This document shows, one piece after another, positions 33,782-43,294 of a stretch of DNA of 64,000 nucleotides. The notes below the pieces were generated by a model. It was not told where the DNA came from and ran no database searches. It saw only the letters and a program-made list of their open reading frames with translations. The position numbers and the translations under genes are program-made. Within the stretch, counting starts at the first letter, position 1. Every line of letters begins with the position of its first letter. This DNA is from an uncultured Candidatus Saccharibacteria bacterium (GTDB lineage: Bacteria > Patescibacteriota > Minisyncoccia > Phycocordibacterales > UBA9973), in contig CAZUZL010000004.1 in NCBI GenBank assembly GCA_964625065.1, positions 11,040-75,039 of the forward strand, read 5' to 3'.

Positions 33782-34285
33782 ATGAAAATTAGAAAAGGTA
33801 AAAAAGGAACTAGAATTGTTTTTCTTTTAAGTATTTTTGCTTTTAAGGTAGTCAGGCCCAGAATCATTGGTTTCATCATAAGGATGTTGCTATTGCCTTT
33901 TGTTTCAGAAAAAAACAGGAATATGTTTTATAATACATATGGAAGAAACTTTTTCCGAGCGTTTGTAAAATATTCACTATTTGGTTTGTACGCAAACCTG
34001 CACGAGTATCATTATTCAAAAAAATACAATGACCCATATATAATGCCCGTCATAAAAAAGTATTTATTCGGATGGATATTAGTTCAAAAAAGAGGTATTG
34101 AAGATGTCAAAAAGGATTTTATATGCCCTTTTTCAAAATTCAAAATTACTTTATCTCCAGAAACAATAGGTTGTTGTCAATATTCAAAACTAAACGGGAA
34201 AATTTTTTTAATTGATTACGGCGACATTTCTACTATTAAGGACCTCCTGAAAACAAAACATCTACGTTCTGTTTCAAAAATCTAA
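33782..34285 (+). CDS. Hypothetical protein, AT-rich and basic N terminus
   Basis: A 167-aa ORF in a low-GC stretch (33.7-34.3 kb). Confidence 0.35.
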   Translation: MKIRKGKKGTRIVFLLSIFAFKVVRPRIIGFIIRMLLLPFVSEKNRNMFYNTYGRNFFRAFVKYSLFGLYANLHEYHYSKKYNDPYIMPVIKKYLFGWILVQKRGIEDVKKDFICPFSKFKITLSPETIGCCQYSKLNGKIFLIDYGDISTIKDLLKTKHLRSVSKI

Positions 34286-34410
34286 AAAACAAGGTCTTGC
34301 CTTGTTTTTTTAATTTGTGTAAATTAGATTTTAAACTCCACTGCGTCGAAAATCAGTTTATGGCTGATTTTCGACATCTCCGAATTCAAAATATAAAATC
34401 AAAATTGATT

Positions 34411-35520
34411 CTATATTTTGAATTCTACGACATCTCCATCTTTCATAATGTATTCCTTTCCTTCTGTACGTACTTTACCTTTTGCGCGGGCTTCGGTGTA
34501 CGAACCAGCTTCTAATAGGTCAGACCAAAAAACAACTTCAGCACGGATAAATTTATCTTTAAAATCTGTATGTATAGCCATACCTGCCACCGGTGCAGTA
34601 GAACCGTGTTGTATAGTCCAGGCGCGAGTTTCTTCTACACCTGTTGTAAAATATGTGTCCAGACCAAGTAGTTTATAGCAACCAGAAATAAGGTCGTTAA
34701 CACCATCGTGTTCACCACCTAGTTCTTTGCGGAACATGTTTTTTTCTTCACCTTCAAAGTCCTTCAGTTCGTCTTCTATTTTTGCATCGATTATTATATA
34801 GTGCGAACCATTTTTAATTATTTCATTTGTTAGTTCAGCAAAAAGTTCTGGACTTGATTCGTCAAAGTTTTTAGCACCAGCACGTTTGTTTAGGCCGTAT
34901 ATCATTGGCTTACTAGTTAACAGGTTTAGTTGTTTTACTTTTTTCAATTCTTCTTCAGAATATTGTAAACTGTTTGCCAACTTGCCTTCTTCTAAAACTT
35001 TTTCTACACGTTTCAATAGTTCTTCTTCAAACAGGGCGTCTTTGTCGCCTTTTTTAGTGTCTTTTTGTAAATTCGAAATACGCTTTGTAACGGTTTCAAA
35101 GTCAGCTAATACAAGTTCCAGATTTATAACACCAATGTCGCGTAGCGGGTCTACAGTGCCGTATACGTGGGTTACATCTTTGTCGCCACCTGTTAGTGGA
35201 AACATGCGTACCATATGCAGGATTGCGTCGGTTTCGCGTATGTTGGCTAGGAATTTGTTACCCAAACCTTCACCCTTACTGGCACCAGCAACTAGGCCGG
35301 CAATGTCCACAAACTCTACCACAGCAGGTATAGTACGGTTGGTTTTAGAAAATTCCGCTAGTTTATACAAACGGTCGTCTGGCACAGGCACAATACCCAC
35401 TGACGGGTCGATGGTGCAGAACGGGTAGTTTTCAGCTGGCACACCCTTTTTAGTTAAGGCGTTAAACAACGTGGACTTGCCCACATTTGGTAACCCTACA
35501 ATTCCGATAGATAAACTCAT
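34411..35520 (-). CDS. ychF: Ribosome-binding ATPase YchF (Obg-family GTPase)
   Basis: GIVGLPNVGKSTLFNALT, a G4-equivalent motif and a C-terminal TGS domain (VFWSDLLEAGSYTEARAKGKVRTEGKEYIMKDGDVVEF). Confidence 0.9.
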   Translation of the reverse strand: MSLSIGIVGLPNVGKSTLFNALTKKGVPAENYPFCTIDPSVGIVPVPDDRLYKLAEFSKTNRTIPAVVEFVDIAGLVAGASKGEGLGNKFLANIRETDAILHMVRMFPLTGGDKDVTHVYGTVDPLRDIGVINLELVLADFETVTKRISNLQKDTKKGDKDALFEEELLKRVEKVLEEGKLANSLQYSEEELKKVKQLNLLTSKPMIYGLNKRAGAKNFDESSPELFAELTNEIIKNGSHYIIIDAKIEDELKDFEGEEKNMFRKELGGEHDGVNDLISGCYKLLGLDTYFTTGVEETRAWTIQHGSTAPVAGMAIHTDFKDKFIRAEVVFWSDLLEAGSYTEARAKGKVRTEGKEYIMKDGDVVEFKI

Positions 35521-35576
35521 GGCAAGAGTATAGCAGAAAAATACCTATTTTTCAAAATAGGTATTTTTCTGCGTAT

Positions 35577-38500
35577 TTAGGCTTCTACTCCACAAGAATT
35601 ATTTATCAACCCTCTAGTAAGTGGGCCAACCAAACCGTCTTGTTTCGTACCCAGGAATTTCTGCATTCTTTTGATGGCACCATTGGTTATTGGTCCAAGT
35701 ATTCCGTCTTCTTTACCTGATGCAAAGCCTAGTCTGTTCATGTGTGCTTGAAGTATTTTAACTTCACTTACAATAGTTTTTGCAAATGAATTGTATTTAC
35801 CATTTCTAGCACCAGCCTTAAGGTTTTGAGTTAGTAGCTGTGTAGCTGAACACTGACCCTTAACGCCTAGTGTATTGTTTGTATTTGTGTTTGTATTATT
35901 TACCACCGCGTATCTACACATTGAAGGCGAACTGATACCGAAAGGTTGGTAGTTTGTGGCTTTTATGTCTTTACAACCAAAAGGCACAGAACTAGAAGTT
36001 GTGGTAGTTGTGGTAGTTGTGGTAGTTGTGGTAGTTGTGGTAGGGGCTTCTGAAACTGATAGAACTATATAGTCGGTATTTAACGAATGGTGTAATTGCC
36101 CTGGAACTATATCAGTACGTAAACCTGTAAAATTAATTGCACGGGTGTTGTATGTAGATTGGTACAGATTATGTTCTGCGTCTGTTGGGTAACTTTCAAC
36201 ATCAGTATGGTATGGGTACTGTGTCATAGCACTAAATGGTAGCGGACCTATTTCGTCACCGAGTGCGTATATGTATGCCTTGTGGTAGTCATTTGTGTAG
36301 TAGATGAAGTCGCGTTCAGTTCCTGGTGCTTGTGCCGGTACTGCGTATTTAAATGCAAGTTCGTCACCTTGAGTCATTATTACAAACTTATCATCATTTG
36401 ATTGAAGTAGTTCTGTAACATCTCCATATTTTGTAGCATTACCTGTTGTTTTATTTGAAATAAATGCATCTGTAACATCACCATATACTGGTTCGGTTAG
36501 AATCATATTTGGATCGTTTGGGTTTGTACGAACCTTACTAGATATTCCACGGAAATGTAAATCTGCATAGTATGGGTTCTCAGATGTAACAGTAATAGCA
36601 GAATCTGGGTTTGTATCTACAGCAAGGTAATCTATATCCCACATACGTTTTGTATTTGTCATTATTAGACGAATAGTATTGTCCTTAATTGTTAAGCCTG
36701 AAAGATCGATAACTTTTGTTTCAACGCCATAAGAATTAAATCTTAAGCGTGACGGGTATGGGGCACCTTCTCTTTGAGTTACAAACACATTGTATTCACT
36801 TGGTACGTCCACAAATTCGCCTGCTTCATTTTTGTATTGAAGTGTATCTGATCCAGATCCACCGGAGAAAGGACCTTCCTTACCTCTTTCGATTAATAGT
36901 TTGAGGTTGGCTGGTGTAGTTATGCCATTACTTAGTTTTATATCAATATACGCTGGAGTTACATTTAGTTTCGAATGGTAATACACCCCATCGTTTTGTG
37001 ATAGTAAACTTGTAACATCCTGCCCATCTTGGTCTATTACTGATACAGGTGCTGGGGCATTTTTCGCTACTGTATGTATCTGTCCGTTTTCACGGTAGTC
37101 TGGGAATACATTTACTGATGCATCGTGGTCGATGATTTTCAGTGAAGTTGAATCAAAGTAGTTTATTTCATTTAATTCAGTTGTGTTTTTAATATCGTAA
37201 AAAGTTTCATTACCTACTGTTCTAGGTACAAGGTTGCCTGACTGAATTTTGGCGTAGCCTTCTGGGTTCGGGTAGTTGTTGTTTGTATTTGGGTCTTTGT
37301 AGAATGGATTCGCTGCCCATGTAGCCCTATCTAGACCGATAGAAAGTGTAGATGAACTTGATGCATCTGTTACGAACACATATTTCTCTCCGTCCCAGAC
37401 GAATATATATGGGCAAGACGATGCATATGGGCCACCGACTTCACTTGTGGCTACATTTGAAGATGCGTCAGTAGAACGAACAATGTAATAAAGTGTGGGT
37501 GTGCCATAAGTAACTGATATAGAATGCGAAGTAACCATTGCATCATCATGAACATAAAAAACTAAATTATTATTGTATTCATGCAATGTCGTATATGTGT
37601 TTGTGTCGAAGTTATATTCAAAGACGGAACCAGCACCACTTACACCACCCTGATTCGCTGTTCCATAAAAATTACCGTTTCTTTCAATCAAAGACCCTCT
37701 TGGATTCGATCCGATAGAATAATCAAAATCATATTGATCTGTAATAGCGTTTGTAACTGGGTCCCAAGCAAATAAAATTCCAGCACCGTTTACCCCACCA
37801 AATATTGAAGTACCATAAAGAATACCACTTATATTAATAAGTGAACCTGAGGGGGCTTCGCCGTCTGTACTATTAAAGTCATAATGCTTTGTTATAGTGT
37901 TGGTAACTGGGTCCCAAGCAAATAATACCCCAAAACCATTGGCCCCACCGTTTAATGTGGTACCGTATAGAACTCCGCTTATATTAATTAAAGAACCTTG
38001 TGGGTATGCACCGTTTGAACCATCAAAATCAAACTGTTTTGTAATTGTATTTGTAACTGGGTCCCAAGCAAATAATGTACCCATGCCACTAACCCCTCCA
38101 TATGTTGTAGTGCCATAAAGAATTCCACCAATATTCAGTAAAGAACCCTGTGGACCTGAACCGTCTGTGGTATTAAAATCATATTGTTTTGTTATAGTGT
38201 TTGTAACTGGGTCCCAAGCAAATAATGTTCCAGCATTATTTGCACCACCACTACCTGTGGTACCGTAAAAAATTCCACTAACATTAATTAATGAACCGTA
38301 CGGGTGTACACCGTCTGTTGTGTTAAAGTTATACTGTTTTGTAATTGTATTTGTAACTGGGTCCCAAGCAAACAAAGTACCTACACTATTTGTCCCACCG
38401 CTATACGTTGTTCCGTAGAATATCCCACTTACATTTACTAATGACCCTTTTGGGTTTGCCCCATTAGTACTATTAAAACTAAATCTATTTGTATATATAG

Positions 38501-40841
38501 ACGTATCAGGGTTATACTCAAAAATAGTTCCCACATCAGAAGGATTACTTTCATTTTCTGTAGTCATACCATAAAACGATCCATTGTATTCTATAAGTGA
38601 CCCGTATGGAGAAGTCCCAAATGCTTTTTCATTATATTGGTCCCAATTAGAATACGCATTTGAAGAATACATTATTTCTGAATTTGCTGGTACGTTTGTG
38701 TCCCAGGTAAGTGTGTGACTAATATTACTGAAAACTAAATTCGAAATCTCAATAAGTGGAACATAATTGTCTGCCTTAATCCATACCCAGGTATTACCAT
38801 CAACATCCATATATTTAGTACCGGTTTTGTCACCAGTTAATGTACAGTCCGTAGAACAGTGTTGTGTAGTAACTTGTTCCCATGCCGATGTAGTGAAATT
38901 GTAAAAAGATATTGTAACCATTTTGTCTGCAGGCACATCACCGTGGCCGGTCCAGACAACACTAAACTTTGGGTTTGTAATGCCACCTGAATCTAGCTTG
39001 ATTTTAAACACTTGCGAATCATAGCCACCGTCAGTTACAGATAGTGCTGTAGTCCAGTAGTCAGAATCAGTACTATATATACTTGCAAGGTTATCAGCAG
39101 TACCTAGTGTACCCGGAGACCCAGGGGTTACAGCTGTATCTGCACTTTCGTATAGTATGTATGGGGTAATACTTGAAGCAACTGCAGTACCTGGACTTAA
39201 ACCAATACTAGCAACAGGGGTAACTTCAAACTTGATTGTTTTATTTACATCATCTGCTGTTAAAATATATGTTATATTTGTAGCACCAGCTATAGCAACA
39301 TTGTTTCTGTACCATTGAAAAGTTGAAACTCCTTCTGGATCATTTTCTGTATCGCTGTATGTGTACTGCCCTGTAAGAGTGGCCCCTAATTCTAAATTGC
39401 CGGAAATAGATACACTTGTGGCAACAGGTATACTATCTGTAGTAGTAACTCCACTACTTTGTAAAAGTACTCCCGGTGTAACCCCCGTATTTGCAACTGG
39501 TTGAACACCGAACTTGATTGTTGTATGAGCATCGTCTGTCGTTAATACATATGTATTTGAATTTGCACCAGATATAGCCACATCATCACGGTACCAAGAA
39601 TACACAGAGGCACCTTCTAGGTCATTATCCACATCTACATATGTATAGTTTCCAGTTAAGGTATCTCCGATGTTTGCAGTGCCGGTTATTGACACACTTG
39701 TGGCAGTCGGCGCAAAGTTTGTTGGATCCCATTCATATATTACACCATGTGATGATGTTCCACCTGCGCCTGTAGTTCCATAAAATTTACTATTGCTTTC
39801 AATTAGTGAAACAGCGGGACTATATACGCCACTATCAGCATAAAAATTAAATTTATTTACAAATATACTGGTAACAGGATCAAATTCAAAAATTATGCCA
39901 TTATTATCTAAACCACCTTGGATTGTTACACCGTACAATTTACTATTACTTATTATCATTGACCCGGATGGGAATTTTCCGTCAGTGCTATCAAAATCAT
40001 GTACATCAGTATATGTATTTGTATTTGGATCATATTCATAAATCACACCAAAACCATTTGCACCATCATATGCTAACCCATAAAATTTACCATTCAACAA
40101 TGTTAATGAACCTATTGGGGTAGACCCACTGATTGGTGTAAAGTCATACTTTTTTGTAGTAATATGAGTAATTGGATTAAATTCAAAAAGGGTTCCACTT
40201 CCTCCACTTAGAGGTGCAACACCATAAAGTTTACCATTACTTACAGCCAATAAACTTGATGGCAATCTTCCACCAGCAACATTATTATAACTTGTGTATG
40301 TATTCGTGTTGGGATCGAATGCATAAATTACTCCTATGTTTGATGTACCACCTTGGGTAGTTAATCCGTAAAATATACCATTATACTCAATCAGTGGACC
40401 ACGTGGGGTATTTCCATTTACACCAATATCAAAATCATACAAATCAGTATATGTACTTGTGTTTGGATCAAATTTAAATATAACACCATACCCATTTGCA
40501 CCACCTTGCTGAGTTGTACCATAAAAAAATCCGTTACTTTCAAGTAGTGGTCCGTTAGGCCTGTCTCCATTTACACCATCGAGGTCATAAATATCAGTAT
40601 ATGTATTTGTATTATTGTCATATTCAAATATTGCACCATAACCATTCGCACCACCTGAAATTGTTGCTCCATAAAACTTTCCATTACTTATTATTAATGG
40701 GCCGTTCATAGAATATCCATTACTGACATTAAAATCATACTTCTTAACAACACCCGCCTCAGCACTCTGTGCCCCTACCGCAAACGAGACCACTATGAAC
40801 GCAACCAATATTAATTTTCGGAAATTTAGTAATTTATACAT
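35577..40841 (-). CDS. Giant secreted surface protein (1754 aa). It contains a signal peptide, two blocks of roughly 45-50-aa beta-propeller-type tandem repeats, two Ig-like repeats, a 550-aa domain of unknown function, a poly-Thr linker and a C-terminal peptidoglycan-binding domain.
   Basis: Signal peptide MYKLLNFRKLILVAFIVVSFAVGAQSA. Repeats of the form ...LYGTTxxGGxxGxGT[LV]F[AE][WY]DPxTNT... occur about 8 times at the N terminus and 7 times centrally. The central block corresponds to exact 150-bp DNA periodicity. A T16 linker is present. The C terminus, ...ILQAHMNRLGFASGKEDGILGPITNGAIKRMQKFLGTKQDGLVGPLT, matches the PG_binding_1 pattern. Confidence 0.7.
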   Translation of the reverse strand: MYKLLNFRKLILVAFIVVSFAVGAQSAEAGVVKKYDFNVSNGYSMNGPLIISNGKFYGATISGGANGYGAIFEYDNNTNTYTDIYDLDGVNGDRPNGPLLESNGFFYGTTQQGGANGYGVIFKFDPNTSTYTDLYDFDIGVNGNTPRGPLIEYNGIFYGLTTQGGTSNIGVIYAFDPNTNTYTSYNNVAGGRLPSSLLAVSNGKLYGVAPLSGGSGTLFEFNPITHITTKKYDFTPISGSTPIGSLTLLNGKFYGLAYDGANGFGVIYEYDPNTNTYTDVHDFDSTDGKFPSGSMIISNSKLYGVTIQGGLDNNGIIFEFDPVTSIFVNKFNFYADSGVYSPAVSLIESNSKFYGTTGAGGTSSHGVIYEWDPTNFAPTATSVSITGTANIGDTLTGNYTYVDVDNDLEGASVYSWYRDDVAISGANSNTYVLTTDDAHTTIKFGVQPVANTGVTPGVLLQSSGVTTTDSIPVATSVSISGNLELGATLTGQYTYSDTENDPEGVSTFQWYRNNVAIAGATNITYILTADDVNKTIKFEVTPVASIGLSPGTAVASSITPYILYESADTAVTPGSPGTLGTADNLASIYSTDSDYWTTALSVTDGGYDSQVFKIKLDSGGITNPKFSVVWTGHGDVPADKMVTISFYNFTTSAWEQVTTQHCSTDCTLTGDKTGTKYMDVDGNTWVWIKADNYVPLIEISNLVFSNISHTLTWDTNVPANSEIMYSSNAYSNWDQYNEKAFGTSPYGSLIEYNGSFYGMTTENESNPSDVGTIFEYNPDTSIYTNRFSFNSTNGANPKGSLVNVSGIFYGTTYSGGTNSVGTLFAWDPVTNTITKQYNFNTTDGVHPYGSLINVSGIFYGTTGSGGANNAGTLFAWDPVTNTITKQYDFNTTDGSGPQGSLLNIGGILYGTTTYGGVSGMGTLFAWDPVTNTITKQFDFDGSNGAYPQGSLINISGVLYGTTLNGGANGFGVLFAWDPVTNTITKHYDFNSTDGEAPSGSLINISGILYGTSIFGGVNGAGILFAWDPVTNAITDQYDFDYSIGSNPRGSLIERNGNFYGTANQGGVSGAGSVFEYNFDTNTYTTLHEYNNNLVFYVHDDAMVTSHSISVTYGTPTLYYIVRSTDASSNVATSEVGGPYASSCPYIFVWDGEKYVFVTDASSSSTLSIGLDRATWAANPFYKDPNTNNNYPNPEGYAKIQSGNLVPRTVGNETFYDIKNTTELNEINYFDSTSLKIIDHDASVNVFPDYRENGQIHTVAKNAPAPVSVIDQDGQDVTSLLSQNDGVYYHSKLNVTPAYIDIKLSNGITTPANLKLLIERGKEGPFSGGSGSDTLQYKNEAGEFVDVPSEYNVFVTQREGAPYPSRLRFNSYGVETKVIDLSGLTIKDNTIRLIMTNTKRMWDIDYLAVDTNPDSAITVTSENPYYADLHFRGISSKVRTNPNDPNMILTEPVYGDVTDAFISNKTTGNATKYGDVTELLQSNDDKFVIMTQGDELAFKYAVPAQAPGTERDFIYYTNDYHKAYIYALGDEIGPLPFSAMTQYPYHTDVESYPTDAEHNLYQSTYNTRAINFTGLRTDIVPGQLHHSLNTDYIVLSVSEAPTTTTTTTTTTTTTTTSSSVPFGCKDIKATNYQPFGISSPSMCRYAVVNNTNTNTNNTLGVKGQCSATQLLTQNLKAGARNGKYNSFAKTIVSEVKILQAHMNRLGFASGKEDGILGPITNGAIKRMQKFLGTKQDGLVGPLTRGLINNSCGVEA
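35995..36043. repeat. 9-bp tandem repeat (gtggtagtt)n encoding a poly-Thr linker
   Basis: Five and a half copies, encoding 16 consecutive Thr on the minus strand. Confidence 0.7.
37600..38500. repeat. 150-bp tandem coding repeats (6-7 copies) inside the giant gene
   Basis: gtaactgggtcccaagcaaataa recurs at 37754, 37904, 38054, 38204 and 38354, spaced exactly 150 bp apart. Confidence 0.7.
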
Positions 40842-40940
40842 ACGGCAATTATATCATAAAATGGCAAATGTCTAATAGAGCTAATGCTGACCTAAATAAA
40901 CACCGTGTATACACGTACACGGCTTTTTTATTTCAGAAAA

Positions 40941-42503
40941 CTAATTATTTTTATTAGTCTTCTTAACTATTTTAACACTATTTTTTGTATTGGTTTTTTG
41001 GGTTTTCGTATTTTTATTTTGGTATACAACTTGGTGGCTAATTAACGGTGAATGTACACCAGTAGTAGATACATATGACAAATACACTTTATAAGTGCCG
41101 TACTTTTCAGGAAGTATAAAACTTTCTTTATTGGTAAATTTATTATATGGGTGTATTACTTCGTTTTTAAAGTTAGGGTCTAACGACACTATGTACCCTG
41201 CTGTTGTACTAGAATCTGCATTAAAACTTAAAGTTAGTTTGTTTGTATTAGTTTTTTGGTTACCACTGTCTATTATAAAATCTAGAGGTTTATTGTTGTT
41301 TGACTTCGGAACAACTAGAACACCTGACCAACCACTACCTGGGCGTGATACTGAAAAAGTATTAGAAACACCAGACCCAAAACCAATTTTTGACACACCA
41401 GAGTTGTTATAGTTTGCAACCCACACACTACTGTTGTTTGTATTTATAGCTACACCAGTTGCCGCCAATATGTTTGGACTTGTATAATTAGTAATCTGAC
41501 CAGAAAGTGTAACTTTTGAAACAGCAACAACGTTTGCCACCCACATATCAGTTTCATCAAATGTTATACCGTACCCGGCTGACTCTAACCCTGGGTATGT
41601 AGTCATAACACCAGTTGGAGTAATTTTAGTTACACTATAGCCACCATAGTCAGCTGTCCACATGTTTGTGCCATCAAATGCAATGTCTAGCGGGTACCCA
41701 CCTGTACCTGTATATGTAGTCATAGACCCTGCAGGTGTTATTTTTGTAACACTGTCGTCATTAAAACTTGCTGTCCACATGTTTGTACCGTCAAACGCAA
41801 TAGAAGAAGGGTTAGTACCAGTACCAGTGTAGGTGGTAATAACACCTAGTGGAGTTATTTTTGAAACACTTGCATCAGCGTTTGCAGTCCACATGTTTGT
41901 ACCGTCAAAGGCAATGTCCAGAGGGCCTACAAGCGGACCATAATTTGTCATTGAACCATTAGGTGCAATTTTAGTAACATTGTTTCCGCTTACGTTTGCT
42001 GTCCACATGTTTATACCGTCAAAAGCAATACCACGTGGTCCGTCACCTGTACCTGTATATGTAGTAACTGTGCCATCGTATGCAACCTTGTCTACTTCAT
42101 TTGAAAAGTAGTTTGTTACCCACATGTTTGTGCCGTCAAATGCCAGGTTCCACGCACCGCCACCAACACCACCATAAAACGTAGCTGTTGGTTTTAAACT
42201 AATAGAAACAGTATTGTTGTTCGAAGCAACACCAGTGGTTGGTGTAAACGTAGCTGTATAAACCAGTGGGTCTGCAGTAGATGTTAAGTTTGACAAAGTA
42301 CCACCAGTTACCAAAATATCGTTTAATGTAAAATTTATAGGTCGTTCAGTAAAAGCAAAAGTTACAGTAGTTGTGTTAGTGTTTAACATCGTACCACTTA
42401 TACTTATTGAAACATTTGAAGTCGCTGTTGAAGCAAGCAAAATTGTAGATGTGTTTAAAAACAACATCAAAGCAATAAGTGAACACAAAAAGTATTTATT
42501 CAT
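40941..42503 (-). CDS. Secreted beta-propeller repeat protein (NHL/Vgb-like blades)
   Basis: Signal peptide MNKYFLCSLIALMLFLNTSTILLAS. About seven 39-aa repeats of the form GPxxIAFDGTNMWTAxxxxxSVTKITPxGxxTTYTGTG, with 116-bp DNA periodicity. Confidence 0.6.
   Translation of the reverse strand: MNKYFLCSLIALMLFLNTSTILLASTATSNVSISISGTMLNTNTTTVTFAFTERPINFTLNDILVTGGTLSNLTSTADPLVYTATFTPTTGVASNNNTVSISLKPTATFYGGVGGGAWNLAFDGTNMWVTNYFSNEVDKVAYDGTVTTYTGTGDGPRGIAFDGINMWTANVSGNNVTKIAPNGSMTNYGPLVGPLDIAFDGTNMWTANADASVSKITPLGVITTYTGTGTNPSSIAFDGTNMWTASFNDDSVTKITPAGSMTTYTGTGGYPLDIAFDGTNMWTADYGGYSVTKITPTGVMTTYPGLESAGYGITFDETDMWVANVVAVSKVTLSGQITNYTSPNILAATGVAINTNNSSVWVANYNNSGVSKIGFGSGVSNTFSVSRPGSGWSGVLVVPKSNNNKPLDFIIDSGNQKTNTNKLTLSFNADSSTTAGYIVSLDPNFKNEVIHPYNKFTNKESFILPEKYGTYKVYLSYVSTTGVHSPLISHQVVYQNKNTKTQKTNTKNSVKIVKKTNKNN
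41400..42190. repeat. 116-bp tandem coding repeats
   Basis: tgtccacatgtttgtrccrtcaaa recurs at about 41655, 41771, 41887, 42003 and 42119. Confidence 0.65.
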
Positions 42504-42620
42504 TCAAATATTATATCATTCATGCAACAATAAACATAAATATTTATACAATTTACTTTATACACACAATTACTTTTGCACATTAATTGTTATACAAACA
42601 ACATGTAAAGGTACTTGCTC

Positions 42621-42660
42621 CGTAGTGAAACTTGAGACTGTTTCTACTACGGGGTATAAT
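42621..42660 (+). promoter_or_regulatory. Sigma70 promoter TTGAGA-N17-TATAAT with an ACTACGGGGTATAAT core and an upstream inverted repeat
   Basis: ccgtagtgaaacttgagactgtttctactacggggtataat. The inverted-repeat arms are ccgtagtgaaa and tttctactacgg. Confidence 0.5.
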
Positions 42661-42707
42661 ATATATGTAGTTACAAAAAAGTAATTATTTAATAACATAA
42701 AAATTTT

Positions 42708-43244
42708 ATGGCTTATATATATTATAAAGGCTCAGGAATATCAGATTTTATTTTTAAGAATACAAATAGTTCTATTCTCTGGCTCGTCATACGCATCTAT
42801 GTTGGGTGGGCATGGTTAGTTGCAGGTTGGGACAAAATTATAAACCCTGCATGGTTCGGTGCAAATGCCGGTGCAGGTATTACAGGTTTCTTAAACGGTT
42901 CTTTAACTAAAACAGGTGGTGCACACCCAGACGTATCTATGTGGTACGCTTGGTTTATACAACACGCAGTGTTACCATATGCCCACATTTGGTCTTATGT
43001 TATAACCATCGGCGAAGTACTAATTGGTGTGGCATTGATACTTGGTATATTTACTGGTATTGCTGCATTCTTTGGTTCATTTATGAACTTAAACTTTTTG
43101 CTTGCAGGTTCTGTAAGTGTAAACCCAATACTGTTTGTACTTGGTATGGGCGTATGTATGGCATGGCGTGTAGCTGGCTACTATGGTGTAGACCATTATT
43201 TACTACCATATGTGCAGAACAAAAATAACAAAACAACTGGTTAG
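42708..43244 (+). CDS. DoxX-family membrane protein
   Basis: Four-TM topology and W/G-rich helices (RIYVGWAWLVAGWDK, GEVLIGVALILGIFTGIAAFFG) typical of DoxX/DoxD. Confidence 0.55.
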   Translation: MAYIYYKGSGISDFIFKNTNSSILWLVIRIYVGWAWLVAGWDKIINPAWFGANAGAGITGFLNGSLTKTGGAHPDVSMWYAWFIQHAVLPYAHIWSYVITIGEVLIGVALILGIFTGIAAFFGSFMNLNFLLAGSVSVNPILFVLGMGVCMAWRVAGYYGVDHYLLPYVQNKNNKTTG

Positions 43245-43257
43245 TTTTAGAAAAATG

Positions 43258-43284
43258 AAAGCCCTGCATAAATGCAGGGCTTTT
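43258..43284. terminator. Bidirectional terminator; its stem is identical to that at 51878-51902
   Basis: aaagccctgcat-aa-atgcagggctttt. Confidence 0.7.
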
Positions 43285-43294
43285 ATCTTCAGAT

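Noticed and set aside
37600-38500. Regularly spaced 150-bp repeats, plus 116-bp repeats at 41400-42190 and 9-bp repeats at 35995-36043, that could be mistaken for a CRISPR array
   Set aside because: They lie inside long open reading frames. Their periods are multiples of 3, they translate into propeller blades or a poly-Thr linker, and they have no spacer/repeat alternation. No cas genes are present. No CRISPR array was seen anywhere in the window.
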